A stretch of DNA of 40,583 bases from positions 1 through 40,583 of the IMG/VR virus record IMGVR_UViG_3300043610_000045, one strand, 5' to 3'. The DNA is from a virus (taxonomy: Duplodnaviria > Caudoviricetes). The translations under genes were made by a program, and so were the position numbers. Of this stretch, positions 9,807-19,876 are shown piece after piece. The notes under the pieces were generated by a model. It saw only the letters and a program-made list of their open reading frames with translations. It was not told the origin of the DNA and did no database searches. How positions within the stretch are numbered: position 1 is the first letter of the stretch; every line of letters begins with the position of its first letter.

Positions 9807-10443
9807 CTTCTGGACCGTGCCGCGCGAATGGGAAGGCGAGACCGTGTTCATCGTCGGCGGCGGGCCGTCGGTGCTCGGGGTCGCGCTCGAGGCGTTGCGC
9901 GGCCGGCGCGTGATCGCGATCAATTCCAGCGTCTACAAACTGCCATGGGCGGACTTCCTCTATTTCGGCGACTGGCGCTGGTGGAACGAGTCCGAGAACC
10001 GGGCGGCGGTGGCGAGCTTCCGTGGCCGCGTCGTCACCACCTCGCGCCTGTGCTCGGAGGACAAGAAGGTGCTGATGTGCCGCGCCGCCAAGCCGCCGGG
10101 GCTGGCGCTCGCGCACGACAGCCTGACGCAGAAATGGACCTCGCTGACGGCGGCCACCAACCTGGCGGCGCATCTCATCGGACCGGGCGGCACCATCGTC
10201 TGGCTCGGCGCCGATGGTCGGCTTGCCGCCGACGGCCGCAGCCATCATCACCAGCCGCATCGCTGGCCGCACCGGGCCGGCTGTTACGACAAGCAACACG
10301 CAGACCTGGTGACGATCGTGCCGTCGCTGCGGACGCTCAAAATCGCGGGGTTCAACGCCTCGCCGGGGACGGCCTGGACCGATCTGTTGCCGGTCATCAG
10401 CTTGCAGGACGTGCTGGGTGAGCGCAGCGACCTCGCCGCCTAA
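9796..10443 (+). CDS. Glycosyltransferase-like protein (Maf/DUF115- or sialyltransferase-like Rossmann fold)
   Basis: VFIVGGGPS, VIAINSS, ADFLYFGD, IVWLGADG, FNAS motif series. Confidence 0.6.
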   Translation: MSPSFWTVPREWEGETVFIVGGGPSVLGVALEALRGRRVIAINSSVYKLPWADFLYFGDWRWWNESENRAAVASFRGRVVTTSRLCSEDKKVLMCRAAKPPGLALAHDSLTQKWTSLTAATNLAAHLIGPGGTIVWLGADGRLAADGRSHHHQPHRWPHRAGCYDKQHADLVTIVPSLRTLKIAGFNASPGTAWTDLLPVISLQDVLGERSDLAA

Positions 10444-11323
10444 GCCGGTCCTGATCCGTGGCATGTGGGGCTTGGGAGATAACGTCTACTCCCGCCCGTT
10501 CGTGCGCGCGGCAGCGGCACAGTACGAGGTCCACCTCGAGACGCCGTGGCCCGAGCTCTACGCCGACCTCGATATCAAATTCATCCGCGGCGGACGAAAG
10601 CTGCGGACGCAGCAAAAGAACATAGCGCGGCAACCGGCCGATCGGTGGATGCGATCGATCCCGGCGCCAATGCGCGAGATCAAGGTCGGCTATTTCGATC
10701 TGGCATCGCGCTCGATCATCCGCTCGCTGGAAGCCCGGTGGGCGGCGCTGAAGGTCACCTTCGATCCGGCACTGTTCGATCTGCCGGATATGGGGGCCTC
10801 GCCGGTGGTCTCGGAGCGGCCGATCGCGGTGATCCGGCCGGTGACGGTGCGCAGCGAATGGCGCAACGAGGCGCGTAACCCGCGGCCGGAATATGTCAAC
10901 GACTTGGCCCGCGAGTTGATGGCGACGCACACCGTGGTCGCGGTCGCCGATATCGCGCCCGGCCAGGAATGGGCGGTCGGGGAACTGCCGCCGGCGCATC
11001 GTTACTTTGTGTTCGGCGAACTGGCGGTGCGCGAGCTGCTCGCCCTGGTGCGTGACGCGGACATCGTCGTTGGCGGCGTCGGCTGGATCGTGCCGGCCGG
11101 GCTCGCGCTCAAGGTCAAGACCTTCGTCGTGCTGGGCGGCCACGGCGGCCACAACGCGCCCGAGAAGATCACCGATCCGCGGCTCGATCTCAGCCGCATC
11201 GGCTTCGCCAAACCGGAGAACTTTTGCCGATGCACGAATATGTTGCACAACTGCGACAAGAGCATCGCCGACCCCGTCGGGCAGTTCCATCGCTGGTCGC
11301 GCAGTTCGCGCGCCGCCGCCTGA
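10418..11323 (+). CDS. Glycosyltransferase, GT9 (heptosyltransferase-like, GT-B)
   Basis: N-terminal GLGDNV, C-terminal ELLALVRDADIVVG, TFVVLGG, CRC..HNC. Confidence 0.7.
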   Translation: MSAATSPPKPVLIRGMWGLGDNVYSRPFVRAAAAQYEVHLETPWPELYADLDIKFIRGGRKLRTQQKNIARQPADRWMRSIPAPMREIKVGYFDLASRSIIRSLEARWAALKVTFDPALFDLPDMGASPVVSERPIAVIRPVTVRSEWRNEARNPRPEYVNDLARELMATHTVVAVADIAPGQEWAVGELPPAHRYFVFGELAVRELLALVRDADIVVGGVGWIVPAGLALKVKTFVVLGGHGGHNAPEKITDPRLDLSRIGFAKPENFCRCTNMLHNCDKSIADPVGQFHRWSRSSRAAA

Positions 11324-11922
11324 CCTGGTGGCCGGAACTCGGCATCGGCCATTATCCGGTCGAGGCTGGGTTTGTGCCCTACGATCAGGACTACTTCGAC
11401 AGTTTCGATCGCAATGCGCAGACCGATCTCGGCCGCGCGCTGATGCAGGCGCGCTGCAACTTCGTCGAGCAGCATTACAGAGGAGCACTGGTCGATGTCG
11501 GTATCGGCTCGGGTGCGTTCATCGAAGCGCGGCGATCGCGCCATCGCACAACCTATGGCTACGACGTCAATCCCGCCGGTCTCGCCTGGCTCGAGCAGCG
11601 GATGTTGCTGGTCGATCCGCATCTGGTTTCGTTCGATGCGTGCTCGCTGTGGGATGTACTCGAACATATCCCGGATTTTCAGTCGCTCCTGGCCAATGTG
11701 AAGGACTGGATATTTGCGTCGTTGCCGATCTTCCGCGACGCCGAGCATGTGCTGGCCTCCAAGCACTTCAAGCCGGAGGAGCATTGTTGGTTTTTTTCTC
11801 GCGACGGGCTGGTGTTTGCAATGAACCTGTGCGGCTTCGCCCTGGTGTCGGAAAGCAGGATCGAGACCGAGCTCGGCCGCGAGGATATCGGGACGTTCGC
11901 GTTTCGTAGGGAATGGCGATGA
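11230..11922 (+). CDS. Class I SAM-dependent methyltransferase
   Basis: VDVGIGSG motif I, YGYDVN, WDVLEHI, EHCWFFS; start uncertain (overlaps GT gene by ~94 nt). Confidence 0.8.
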   Translation: MHEYVAQLRQEHRRPRRAVPSLVAQFARRRLTWWPELGIGHYPVEAGFVPYDQDYFDSFDRNAQTDLGRALMQARCNFVEQHYRGALVDVGIGSGAFIEARRSRHRTTYGYDVNPAGLAWLEQRMLLVDPHLVSFDACSLWDVLEHIPDFQSLLANVKDWIFASLPIFRDAEHVLASKHFKPEEHCWFFSRDGLVFAMNLCGFALVSESRIETELGREDIGTFAFRREWR

Positions 11923-12269
11923 TCGACTTCAGCGTGATGCTCTATGATCCGGCCTTTGACGTGATCGGCGTGCCGGCGACGCTGACTGCTGCGGGAACCG
12001 AGATCGCGCTCACCGTGATCGACGACACCCGGCCGAAGTCCAACATCGACGGAACCATGGAAGTGCGCACCATCGGGCCAGGCGCCTTCGCCCGCGTCCC
12101 CGAACTCGCCGCAAAGGGAATCGTGCGCGACGATTACCAGGGCGTGACGTTGACATTCAATGGCCGCAACTGGGTCGTGCGCTCGCATGAAATGCGCGGC
12201 AGTCCGAACGGCGAGGATCTCGGCGAGGTGCGGTTCCTGCTGAAGGCGATCGAGTCGACCAATGGCTGA
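11913..12269 (+). CDS. Head-tail joining protein
   Basis: Size, beta-rich sequence and position in neck region. Confidence 0.65.
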   Translation: MAMIDFSVMLYDPAFDVIGVPATLTAAGTEIALTVIDDTRPKSNIDGTMEVRTIGPGAFARVPELAAKGIVRDDYQGVTLTFNGRNWVVRSHEMRGSPNGEDLGEVRFLLKAIESTNG

Positions 12270-12711
12270 CGTGCGCGAGGATATCCTGGCGCGACTGCTC
12301 GAGGTGGTCGCCGACATTCCCAACATCCGATGGGCGCAGCGCAACAGTGTCGATGTTCCCGAGAATCAATTGCCGGCGGTGATGGTGTTCGATGCTGATG
12401 AGGAAAGCAGCGGCGGCGGGCAAAACCGTCAATCCAACAGCTCGATCGTCGTGCAGATGACGCCTGAGATTGTCTTCATGCAGCAGGCCGATGAGGTCGG
12501 GTCCGATCTGACTGCACTGCGCCGTGAATCGATCAAGCGGGTGCTGTTCGATACCGGGCTCAACAATCTAATCGCCAAATCCAGCCCGCGCGGTGACGGG
12601 GCGATCCGCTATCTCGGATGTAACACCGACTTCGGCTACGGGCGTTCGCAGAGTGGATTCCTGCGGGTGCTGTTCATGTTCAAGTACACACTTTGGCCCG
12701 ACGATCTCTAG
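12262..12711 (+). CDS. Tail terminator/completion protein
   Basis: REDILARL..LPAVMVFD pattern; immediately before major tail gene. Confidence 0.6.
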   Translation: MADVREDILARLLEVVADIPNIRWAQRNSVDVPENQLPAVMVFDADEESSGGGQNRQSNSSIVVQMTPEIVFMQQADEVGSDLTALRRESIKRVLFDTGLNNLIAKSSPRGDGAIRYLGCNTDFGYGRSQSGFLRVLFMFKYTLWPDDL

Positions 12712-12728
12712 GAAAGGAGAACACCGCT

Positions 12729-13250
12729 ATGCCTACGTCACCGAATGTCCAGAATTATCACATCGGCAAAGGGATTGTTTCGTTCAAGGAAGCGGGTTCA
12801 TCGACCTTCGTCGACCTCGGCAACGCGCCGTCGTTTGTGTACACGCCGAACGTCGAGAAGAAGGAACATTTCAGTTCGAGAGAGGGGATCAAAACGAAGG
12901 ATTACACCGCCGTCACCTCGATCGGTGCAACCATCAAGGTCACGCTCGACGAAATCACCGCCGAAAATCTCGCAATGTTTGCACTCGGTACTCTGACCAG
13001 CGGCACCGATGGCACCGGCACCATTACGGGACTGACGAAGGCTGAATTTGTCGGCACAATGCAAGTCGTCGGCACCAATGACATCGGCCAGCATGTCAGT
13101 TGGACTGGCGATGTGTCGTTCGTGCCCTCGGGGGATTTCAGCTTCATCACCGATGCCGATGACTTCTCGATCATTGGACTCGAGGCCGAGGTGCAGAAAG
13201 CCCCTGATGGCTCGTTCGGCGTCTGGGATGTCGCGGAACCAACTGCGTGA
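12729..13250 (+). CDS. Major tail protein
   Basis: Strong AGGAG RBS; YHIGKG..DLGNAP..EHFSSREG..LDEIT. Confidence 0.8.
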   Translation: MPTSPNVQNYHIGKGIVSFKEAGSSTFVDLGNAPSFVYTPNVEKKEHFSSREGIKTKDYTAVTSIGATIKVTLDEITAENLAMFALGTLTSGTDGTGTITGLTKAEFVGTMQVVGTNDIGQHVSWTGDVSFVPSGDFSFITDADDFSIIGLEAEVQKAPDGSFGVWDVAEPTA

Positions 13251-13258
13251 GGCAAGCC

Positions 13259-13759
13259 ATGGCAGACCTTCTGGACATTGCACCATCGGCGGCAGTCGAG
13301 GTCGTCAGGATCAGCGGTCAAAAGTTGACGGTGCGTAGTTTGGGCGCAAATTCCATTGGAACTCTTGCGGTACGTTTTCCAGGGATTATGGGGATTTTGC
13401 TTGGCGGTTTTGTTGCTGCAGATGTCGGGTCGAAGCTGGTTGGGCAATTTGGTGCCGCGGTTGGCCCAATCATTGCTGCAGGTTGTGGCCACCTCGGGGA
13501 TGAAAAAGCGGAACATCACGCCGATACGGCGTTTCTTCTGGAAGACCAATTGAAGCTGGTCGTGGTCATTATCGGAATCACATTCCCAAATGGGCTTGGC
13601 TTCTTCGAAGACCTGGTGCAGCAGTTCGCCGAAATGGCGAAGAGGCTCACCGGCGCAGCGGGCGAAGAAGCAAAGAAGATATACAAAGTCCGCTTGAAGA
13701 CATCGCCGTCGCCATCACCGCCCTTATCCGACACGGATTCCCCCCCGAATTTACAATGA
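13259..13759 (+). CDS. Tail assembly chaperone (gpG-like)
   Basis: Position after major tail gene; overlapping -1 frame follows. Confidence 0.75.
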   Translation: MADLLDIAPSAAVEVVRISGQKLTVRSLGANSIGTLAVRFPGIMGILLGGFVAADVGSKLVGQFGAAVGPIIAAGCGHLGDEKAEHHADTAFLLEDQLKLVVVIIGITFPNGLGFFEDLVQQFAEMAKRLTGAAGEEAKKIYKVRLKTSPSPSPPLSDTDSPPNLQ

Positions 13760-13908
13760 ACCTGTCGCCGCGGCAGATCGCGGCCTATCTCGAATTCAGC
13801 GACAGGCTCGATCGCATCGAGAGGGCCGACGCACTAGCGATCGCCGCCATCGGCGCGCAGGGCGACAAGCAGGCGATTGAGAAAACGCTGAAGGAAATCA
13901 GCGGGTGA
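13756..13908 (+). CDS. Tail assembly chaperone extension (gpT-like, -1 frame)
   Basis: Frame open from 13504; reads ..ALIRHGFPPEFTMNLSPRQIAAYLEF..; not in ORF track. Confidence 0.7.
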   Translation: MNLSPRQIAAYLEFSDRLDRIERADALAIAAIGAQGDKQAIEKTLKEISG

Positions 13909-13921
13909 TGTTGGGGCAATA

Positions 13922-14476
13922 ATGGTCGCGAAGTTTAAGGTCACGGTCGACCAACCGGCCTGGCTCAAGATGATCCGCGACAAGCAGCGGCCGGTCGCCG
14001 TGGCCGCGGTTGCGGCGTTGCGCGAGACCGCCGCCGATGCGGTGCAGGAAGGCCGCAGCAACATAGCGGGTGCCGGCAAGTTCGGGCCGAAATGGCAAAG
14101 CGGATTGCAATATCGGACGCAAGACGCAGTCGAAGGCGGCCAGCCATCGCTGCAGGCCAAGGCTATCATCTTTCACAAGTTCGGCTTTGCCGGCGTGTTC
14201 GAGCACGGCGCGACCATTGCCGGCAAACCGTTGCTGTGGATACCGACCACGCCCGGCGCCCCGACCGCTAGTCGCTCGGGCAAGAAACTGGTCTCGGCCA
14301 CGGTGCGCGGCAAGCCAATGCTGTTCGATGCCAATGACAAAGACCGCGACCGCAAGCCGCTCTATATCGGCGTGCCGTCGGTTCGCATCCCGAAGAAGTG
14401 GCGCATAACCGAGATCGTCAAGCAGCACGCGGCGAAAATCGCGCAACTGTTCATCAAGCATTTTAGGGACAACTAG
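13922..14476 (+). CDS. Putative tail/neck component (basic)
   Basis: Basic protein, GVFEHGATIAGKPLLWIP; position before tape measure. Confidence 0.6.
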   Translation: MVAKFKVTVDQPAWLKMIRDKQRPVAVAAVAALRETAADAVQEGRSNIAGAGKFGPKWQSGLQYRTQDAVEGGQPSLQAKAIIFHKFGFAGVFEHGATIAGKPLLWIPTTPGAPTASRSGKKLVSATVRGKPMLFDANDKDRDRKPLYIGVPSVRIPKKWRITEIVKQHAAKIAQLFIKHFRDN

Positions 14477-16264
14477 ATGGCCGAGAAACTATCGATCCAG
14501 ATCGCGCTCGACGGCGGCGCCGAGATCGAGAAGCAGCTCCAAGGTATCGGCGAGGCCGGGCAGAAGGCATTTGCCGACATCAGCAAGTCGGCCGAGCAGG
14601 CCGGCGGTTTCAAACAGCTCAAGCCGGAAGAGGTGACGCAAAAGCTCAAGGACATGGGCGTCACCGGCGTTGACTCGATCGAGAAGATCCAGAAGGCGGT
14701 GCAATCGGCCAAGAATCTCGAAACCCTGGTGCAGGGCATCACCTCGGTCGAGACCGGGTTATCCGCACTGGCGGCGGCCGCGCCCATTGTCGGCACGGCG
14801 ATCGTCGCGGCATTTGCTCTCGCCACCAAGGCAGTGTTCGCGTTCTCGGATGCCGTCAACAAGGTCAGCGACGAGGCGGCAAAACTCGGCGTCTCGATCG
14901 AGAATGTGGATCAGTTCAGGCGCGGTCTCGAGCAGGCTGGGATCTCGGCACAAGGCATCAGCGCCGCGCTGGCGCAGGTCAAGAGCGATGCCGACAAGAT
15001 CAGTCTTGAGCAGGTCAAGCGGGATGCTCAGGATGTGCAAAAAGCTATTGATCGCGGTGTGGGCGGCGGCCAGGTTGCGGAACAATTCAAGCGACTGCAA
15101 AAGACGGCGGAGCAGTTCACCGAGGCTGGCAAGGCCGCGCGGGCCGAACTGGTCAAAATGGGCGAGGGCGTACCCGGCACGACGTTCGAGGACGTGCAGA
15201 AACTCGGCGTTGAGCTGGCCAAGCTCAAGGGACTCGGCATCGACATCAAGGTCAGCGATGACGCTGTCACCCAGGCGCAGAAGATCATCACGGCGCTGGC
15301 GCAACTGCCGGATAAAGCGCTGGCCGCTCAGATCGCGATGCAAAGATTTGGCGCCGCTGGCCCGGAGCTGGTCGCGGGATTGCGAACCGGCAGCATAACC
15401 GTCGATCAATTTGCGCAGAAATTCGCGACCCTCACGGCCGAGCAGGAGGCCGCAGCGAATAAGATGCGGCAGAGTACCGAGCAACTGTCGGCAGATTGGG
15501 AGCGCTTCAAGAGTGCGATCGGTGCGCCGATTGCCATTGCCGGGATTGCCGGATTGACTGCGGTGTTCGATGCGATCAAAGGCGGCATTGCGACGACGGT
15601 GCAAGAGTTCACCGCGCTGGGGAGTGCCATCAATAGCGTCGCAACTGTCGGCGCGCAGGTGATCGCGGCGCTGGCGGCTCCGATCCAGTTGGTCATTGAT
15701 GCCGTTAGTCAGCTTGGATCTGCGCTCGGCAGCATCACCTGGGACAGTATCGCGAGCGCCGGCGTGGCGGCTTGGAATGCGCTCACCGGCGCGATCCAGA
15801 AAGCGATTGACGCGGTGCTGCAGTTCATCGGGCTAAAACCGAGCGCGCCGGCAACCGGCGGCAGTGCTCCCGGCAAGGCGGCGGGCGGGTTGCTCGGTGG
15901 CCGTGGAACGGGGACATCGGACAGCAATCTGGCTTGGCTTTCGCGCGGTGAATACATCACGCCGGCGCGGGCGGTGGCGCAGCCTGGTGTGCTGGCGTTC
16001 CTCGAGGCACTGCGGCGAAGCGGTGGCAACCTCTCGCGCGTGCTCGACGGCATGGGCCGGTTCGCGCTCGGTGGCATGGTGCCGCGGATGCCGGCGTTTG
16101 CCGCCGGTGGCCTCGCTGGCGGCAGCAATGTCACCATCCAGTTTCCCGGCCTGCCGGCGATCGGCGGCCTGCGCGCCTCGGCCGACGTGGTCGATCAGTT
16201 GCACCGGGCGGCGGCGCTGGCGCAGGTCCGCAGCGGCGGGCGCAAGCCGAGCCGGTACGCCTGA
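14477..16264 (+). CDS. Tape measure protein
   Basis: Ala-rich helical 595 aa; C-terminal GRGTGTSDS..LSRGEY motif. Confidence 0.9.
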   Translation: MAEKLSIQIALDGGAEIEKQLQGIGEAGQKAFADISKSAEQAGGFKQLKPEEVTQKLKDMGVTGVDSIEKIQKAVQSAKNLETLVQGITSVETGLSALAAAAPIVGTAIVAAFALATKAVFAFSDAVNKVSDEAAKLGVSIENVDQFRRGLEQAGISAQGISAALAQVKSDADKISLEQVKRDAQDVQKAIDRGVGGGQVAEQFKRLQKTAEQFTEAGKAARAELVKMGEGVPGTTFEDVQKLGVELAKLKGLGIDIKVSDDAVTQAQKIITALAQLPDKALAAQIAMQRFGAAGPELVAGLRTGSITVDQFAQKFATLTAEQEAAANKMRQSTEQLSADWERFKSAIGAPIAIAGIAGLTAVFDAIKGGIATTVQEFTALGSAINSVATVGAQVIAALAAPIQLVIDAVSQLGSALGSITWDSIASAGVAAWNALTGAIQKAIDAVLQFIGLKPSAPATGGSAPGKAAGGLLGGRGTGTSDSNLAWLSRGEYITPARAVAQPGVLAFLEALRRSGGNLSRVLDGMGRFALGGMVPRMPAFAAGGLAGGSNVTIQFPGLPAIGGLRASADVVDQLHRAAALAQVRSGGRKPSRYA

Positions 16265-16650
16265 TGGCGCATCCGCCCTACACGCTGCTCGCGATCGACG
16301 GCATCGACTTTAGCCAGTACGCCGTGCGTGGCATCACCATGACGCTTGAGCCCATCGACCAGGCGGCGGCGCTGGCGCGCGATTGCCGCGGCGATCTGGC
16401 CGACCTCTCGTTGGCGCAGTTCCGGCAGCACAAGGTCTCTATCACCTGCACCGACCACGAGGTGCCCGAGCTCACCGATGTATGGCCCGGCCAGGACATC
16501 ACCATCACCTGCATTCCCGGCATGGGGGCCGCCAACACCACCGGCGACGTGCTGATCATCCTTGCCAAGGTCACCAAGTGGAACAGCTCGCGCGACGAGT
16601 GGGCGGCCGAGATCGCCTGGCAGCTCGAGGCCGAACAGAGGACGGTCTAA
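16264..16650 (+). CDS. Distal-tail-like protein
   Basis: Directly follows tape measure gene; size. Confidence 0.55.
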   Translation: MAHPPYTLLAIDGIDFSQYAVRGITMTLEPIDQAAALARDCRGDLADLSLAQFRQHKVSITCTDHEVPELTDVWPGQDITITCIPGMGAANTTGDVLIILAKVTKWNSSRDEWAAEIAWQLEAEQRTV

Positions 16651-16653
16651 CCA

Positions 16654-18597
16654 ATGCCTGCGGGCTTGCCGTATTTTGCCTGGATCGATGCCAGTGAAAC
16701 CACGTTCGGGCCTGAACATCTGCGCTGGGACGAGAGCGTGTTTTCGTTCACGCTCAAGCAGGACGAAGGCGATCCGGCGAGCCTGACTGCCGTCGTGCGG
16801 CGGCCGCGCAATGTGGACGGCGATCCGATCGGGCTGCTCGGCCCCGGCCGCAAAATATGGGCATGGTTCGCGCTCGACTGTGGCCCGGCACTGATCAAGT
16901 TCCGCGGCCGGCTCGTCGGTATCCCGACCAGCATCTTCGAGGAACTGGTCACGCTGGAATTTGTCGCCAAGCCGGTCGACCTCGTGGCGCAGAAGGAAGC
17001 TCTGGCCGATACCTTACGGGTGCTGCCGTATTATGATGAGGCGGTGATCGATCCGCAGAGTCGCAATGATCCCGAGGTCGTGCTCGAGGGCTACACCAAG
17101 ATATGGCATTACGACCGAGAGACCCATGTCATCACCGTATCGGACGAGATCGACGGCGAGGACGGCCTGGTTTCATTCCTTTGCGCGAATGGAGATGTGC
17201 TTTACGACGGGCTCGGCCTCAACCTGAGTAGTGGGCCGCTCACGCGCGTCGATGTCAGCGCCGAATATACCTGGACCCAACAAGCGAACGGCAGGGTTGA
17301 TCTGACCGGCTATCTGGTTTCGCACTGGCCGGGAGTTGCAAACGGCGTAATTCCGTATTTGGATGCGGGCTCTTGGCCCAAGAATAAAGCCGGCCTCGGC
17401 GACGGTTGGGAGGTCGCGGACTCGTCTGCAACCAATCAGGTCAGCTTTCAGTCAAACACCGTGAGCCGCAGTGGCAGCTTTGAACTTCAAGAATATAATG
17501 GCGGTACGACCAAGGTCGAATGGAATGAATCGCGTACTAGCTATGCCGTAGGGGGCAATCTTTACAATGTTGTCACTACAGATACTTCTAACGTAGTCAA
17601 TGATCTGGATGATGATGGCAATAATAATTATTCGGCCAGCGCAAGCCATTCATCCAGTGGCTCCTTTGTAGCGGTGCAAGGCATCAAAGCTACTCTGGTG
17701 GCAGGCTACAAGGCCGGGCGGCAATGCACCGAGAAGGTATCGTTTACATTGTTTGCCGACGCGCAGCCAATCCTGACCGATCCCGAGGATGGCGAGGCGC
17801 TGCGCCTCGATGATATCCGTTCCGTTAACCTGAGCAGCGGCGAAGAGTTGGCGCCGATCATCGATCCGCGGCGTCGATCGTATATTGCAACCGAGCGCGG
17901 CAATCAGAGCATCGAGCATCTGATCGCGTTGGCCCGCGCGCATCTGATGAAGCGGGCGCGCGTGGTCGAGATCACGTTCGCGCCCAAGCTCGCGCGCATG
18001 CCGGAAATCACGTTGCGCAAAAATGCCTTCCTGGCCGAGCCGCGGGTGGGCGAGGCAACCGGCAAGATCATCGGCTATTCGGTCGCGCTCGATGGTTCCG
18101 ACGGCCAGATCAAGTGCGAGGTCAAGATCGGCTGCACGATCGGCAATGGCGGCACGGTAGCAGCGGCGGAAGGAGACCCGACCTATTGCACCATTGACTA
18201 TGTCGGCGCGGACTATCAGGTGTTTGTCAATCGAGTGGTCCTATTCCCGCTTGATTTGTCAGTCGGCTACGCACCGCCGGTTGCCGCGCCAAATGATGAT
18301 GGCCTCGACTTTCTGTCCGCTCTTACAGCGGACGATGTCATCGAAGTTGGGCTGAGTGTTACATTTGGCCCGGAAGCGCCAGAGGAGTCGGCACCGGGGG
18401 GAATTGCCCATAGCCCGGAAGAGGCGGCGGCCATGCTCGCGGCAAATCAGGCATGGGTCTCTGACAATATCATGCCGTCATATGAAACGCATGGGACATT
18501 CAAGCTCAAGAGCATGACGCGCGCATTCGAGACAGCCTACGAAATCGAAATGACTGACCTGAAGATACCCACCGGATATGATCTGGAGGCAGTGTAA
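16654..18597 (+). CDS. Tail tip/hub protein
   Basis: 647 aa, position after distal-tail gene; lower-GC central segment. Confidence 0.6.
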   Translation: MPAGLPYFAWIDASETTFGPEHLRWDESVFSFTLKQDEGDPASLTAVVRRPRNVDGDPIGLLGPGRKIWAWFALDCGPALIKFRGRLVGIPTSIFEELVTLEFVAKPVDLVAQKEALADTLRVLPYYDEAVIDPQSRNDPEVVLEGYTKIWHYDRETHVITVSDEIDGEDGLVSFLCANGDVLYDGLGLNLSSGPLTRVDVSAEYTWTQQANGRVDLTGYLVSHWPGVANGVIPYLDAGSWPKNKAGLGDGWEVADSSATNQVSFQSNTVSRSGSFELQEYNGGTTKVEWNESRTSYAVGGNLYNVVTTDTSNVVNDLDDDGNNNYSASASHSSSGSFVAVQGIKATLVAGYKAGRQCTEKVSFTLFADAQPILTDPEDGEALRLDDIRSVNLSSGEELAPIIDPRRRSYIATERGNQSIEHLIALARAHLMKRARVVEITFAPKLARMPEITLRKNAFLAEPRVGEATGKIIGYSVALDGSDGQIKCEVKIGCTIGNGGTVAAAEGDPTYCTIDYVGADYQVFVNRVVLFPLDLSVGYAPPVAAPNDDGLDFLSALTADDVIEVGLSVTFGPEAPEESAPGGIAHSPEEAAAMLAANQAWVSDNIMPSYETHGTFKLKSMTRAFETAYEIEMTDLKIPTGYDLEAV

Positions 18598-19088
18598 TGG
18601 CCGGCTTTGAAGTCGTCGTCCGGCCGGTTGTTTTCCCCAACATCCGGCCGGCGCCCGCCCAGCCGGTGCCGCCGGCACAGGACCCCACTCAAGGCTTTGC
18701 AAAGATCAGCGGCAACGGGGCTCAGGTGTTGAACGTATCATATAGCTATAGCTCGAGTGCATCGTCAAACACACACTCGGAAATTGAGCGGCGCGAAGAT
18801 GAGGCGCGCGTCTATCAAAAGGAAAAGAACGGCAAGATCAACAAGAACAATTTTGTCGACATTCGAGCCGTCAACAGAATAAAGGAGAAGGGGCCACCGG
18901 CCAAAAAAGGCAACAAGGACCCAAGTTTTAACTCCGGTCAGGGACCGATGAACCCAGACGATCCTTATTTTAATTATACTACTTCCGTGGGAATTCGGTT
19001 TTACCGACCTATAGAGGAAAAGGATAACATCGAAATCCGTCGGCGGGCTATCGTTACAAAGAAAGATGAGTCAGGGGGAACGGAATGA
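18597..19088 (+). CDS. Hypothetical tail protein
   Basis: TAATG-coupled in tail operon. Confidence 0.6.
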   Translation: MAGFEVVVRPVVFPNIRPAPAQPVPPAQDPTQGFAKISGNGAQVLNVSYSYSSSASSNTHSEIERREDEARVYQKEKNGKINKNNFVDIRAVNRIKEKGPPAKKGNKDPSFNSGQGPMNPDDPYFNYTTSVGIRFYRPIEEKDNIEIRRRAIVTKKDESGGTE

Positions 19089-19876
19089 CGATCGTCTATG
19101 TCACGGCTGGTGCCTGGGGAGCTGGGACCGGCACGCCGAACAGCGCGCCGCAAGTCGATGGCAATTTTTACGATGTCGATCAGCGTATTGTGGGCCTGGC
19201 GGCCGACTTGGCCGAAGGCAAGCGGATCGATACAGTTACTTATACCTCCAACGCTATGACGTTTCATTTCACCGACAGCACAACGCAGATCATTCCGTTG
19301 CCGGTTGCAACTTTCACTTATGTCGGCGATTGGGTGAATGACAGACCATATATACCGGGGCACTTGTTTACCGCGGACAACGGCTTCTATCAGGTGCTGG
19401 AGAGTCATACCTCGCCGCCATGGCCGGCGCCATTTGATCCGAATGCCACGGACGGGACAAATCCACTTTATTCGCTCTGGATGCCGCTCCGTGATGTCAA
19501 TTACGACGCCGCGATTTTCGTGCCGGGCAGCATTCAGCGCGCGGCGGACGAGTTGCTGTTCGTCGGCATTGCCAACCGAAACATGCGGCTCGATGGCGCT
19601 GAACGTGCTTATGCCTATCTCGATGTCGGCACCGCCGCGACCGGCGCAACCGATATCATCATATCGATTGAGTGGAACCGCACCGAGATCGGCACCATCA
19701 CATTTGTAGCCAACGGCGAGATTGATACCGCCGGCGGACAGCTCGGCGAGTTCAGTATTCCGTCCGCCGTAGGTTTTGCCGAGGGCGACACGTATGGGCT
19801 GCGCGTGACGCAGTCGGATGATGCTGAGCCGTCCGGCCTATCCGTGACCTTGCCATTCATTCGAACGGATGTCTGA
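19085..19876 (+). CDS. Minor tail protein with carbohydrate-binding-like motif
   Basis: WVNDRPYIPG..YQVLESHTS resembles CBM5/12-type modules. Confidence 0.6.
   Translation: MTIVYVTAGAWGAGTGTPNSAPQVDGNFYDVDQRIVGLAADLAEGKRIDTVTYTSNAMTFHFTDSTTQIIPLPVATFTYVGDWVNDRPYIPGHLFTADNGFYQVLESHTSPPWPAPFDPNATDGTNPLYSLWMPLRDVNYDAAIFVPGSIQRAADELLFVGIANRNMRLDGAERAYAYLDVGTAATGATDIIISIEWNRTEIGTITFVANGEIDTAGGQLGEFSIPSAVGFAEGDTYGLRVTQSDDAEPSGLSVTLPFIRTDV

Noticed and set aside
10397-11909. Alternative long ORFs overlapping the GT/MTase genes (10397-11488 minus, 11007-11909 plus)
   Set aside because: Arg/Ala/Pro-rich off-frame products with no motifs; the chosen frames have enzyme motifs
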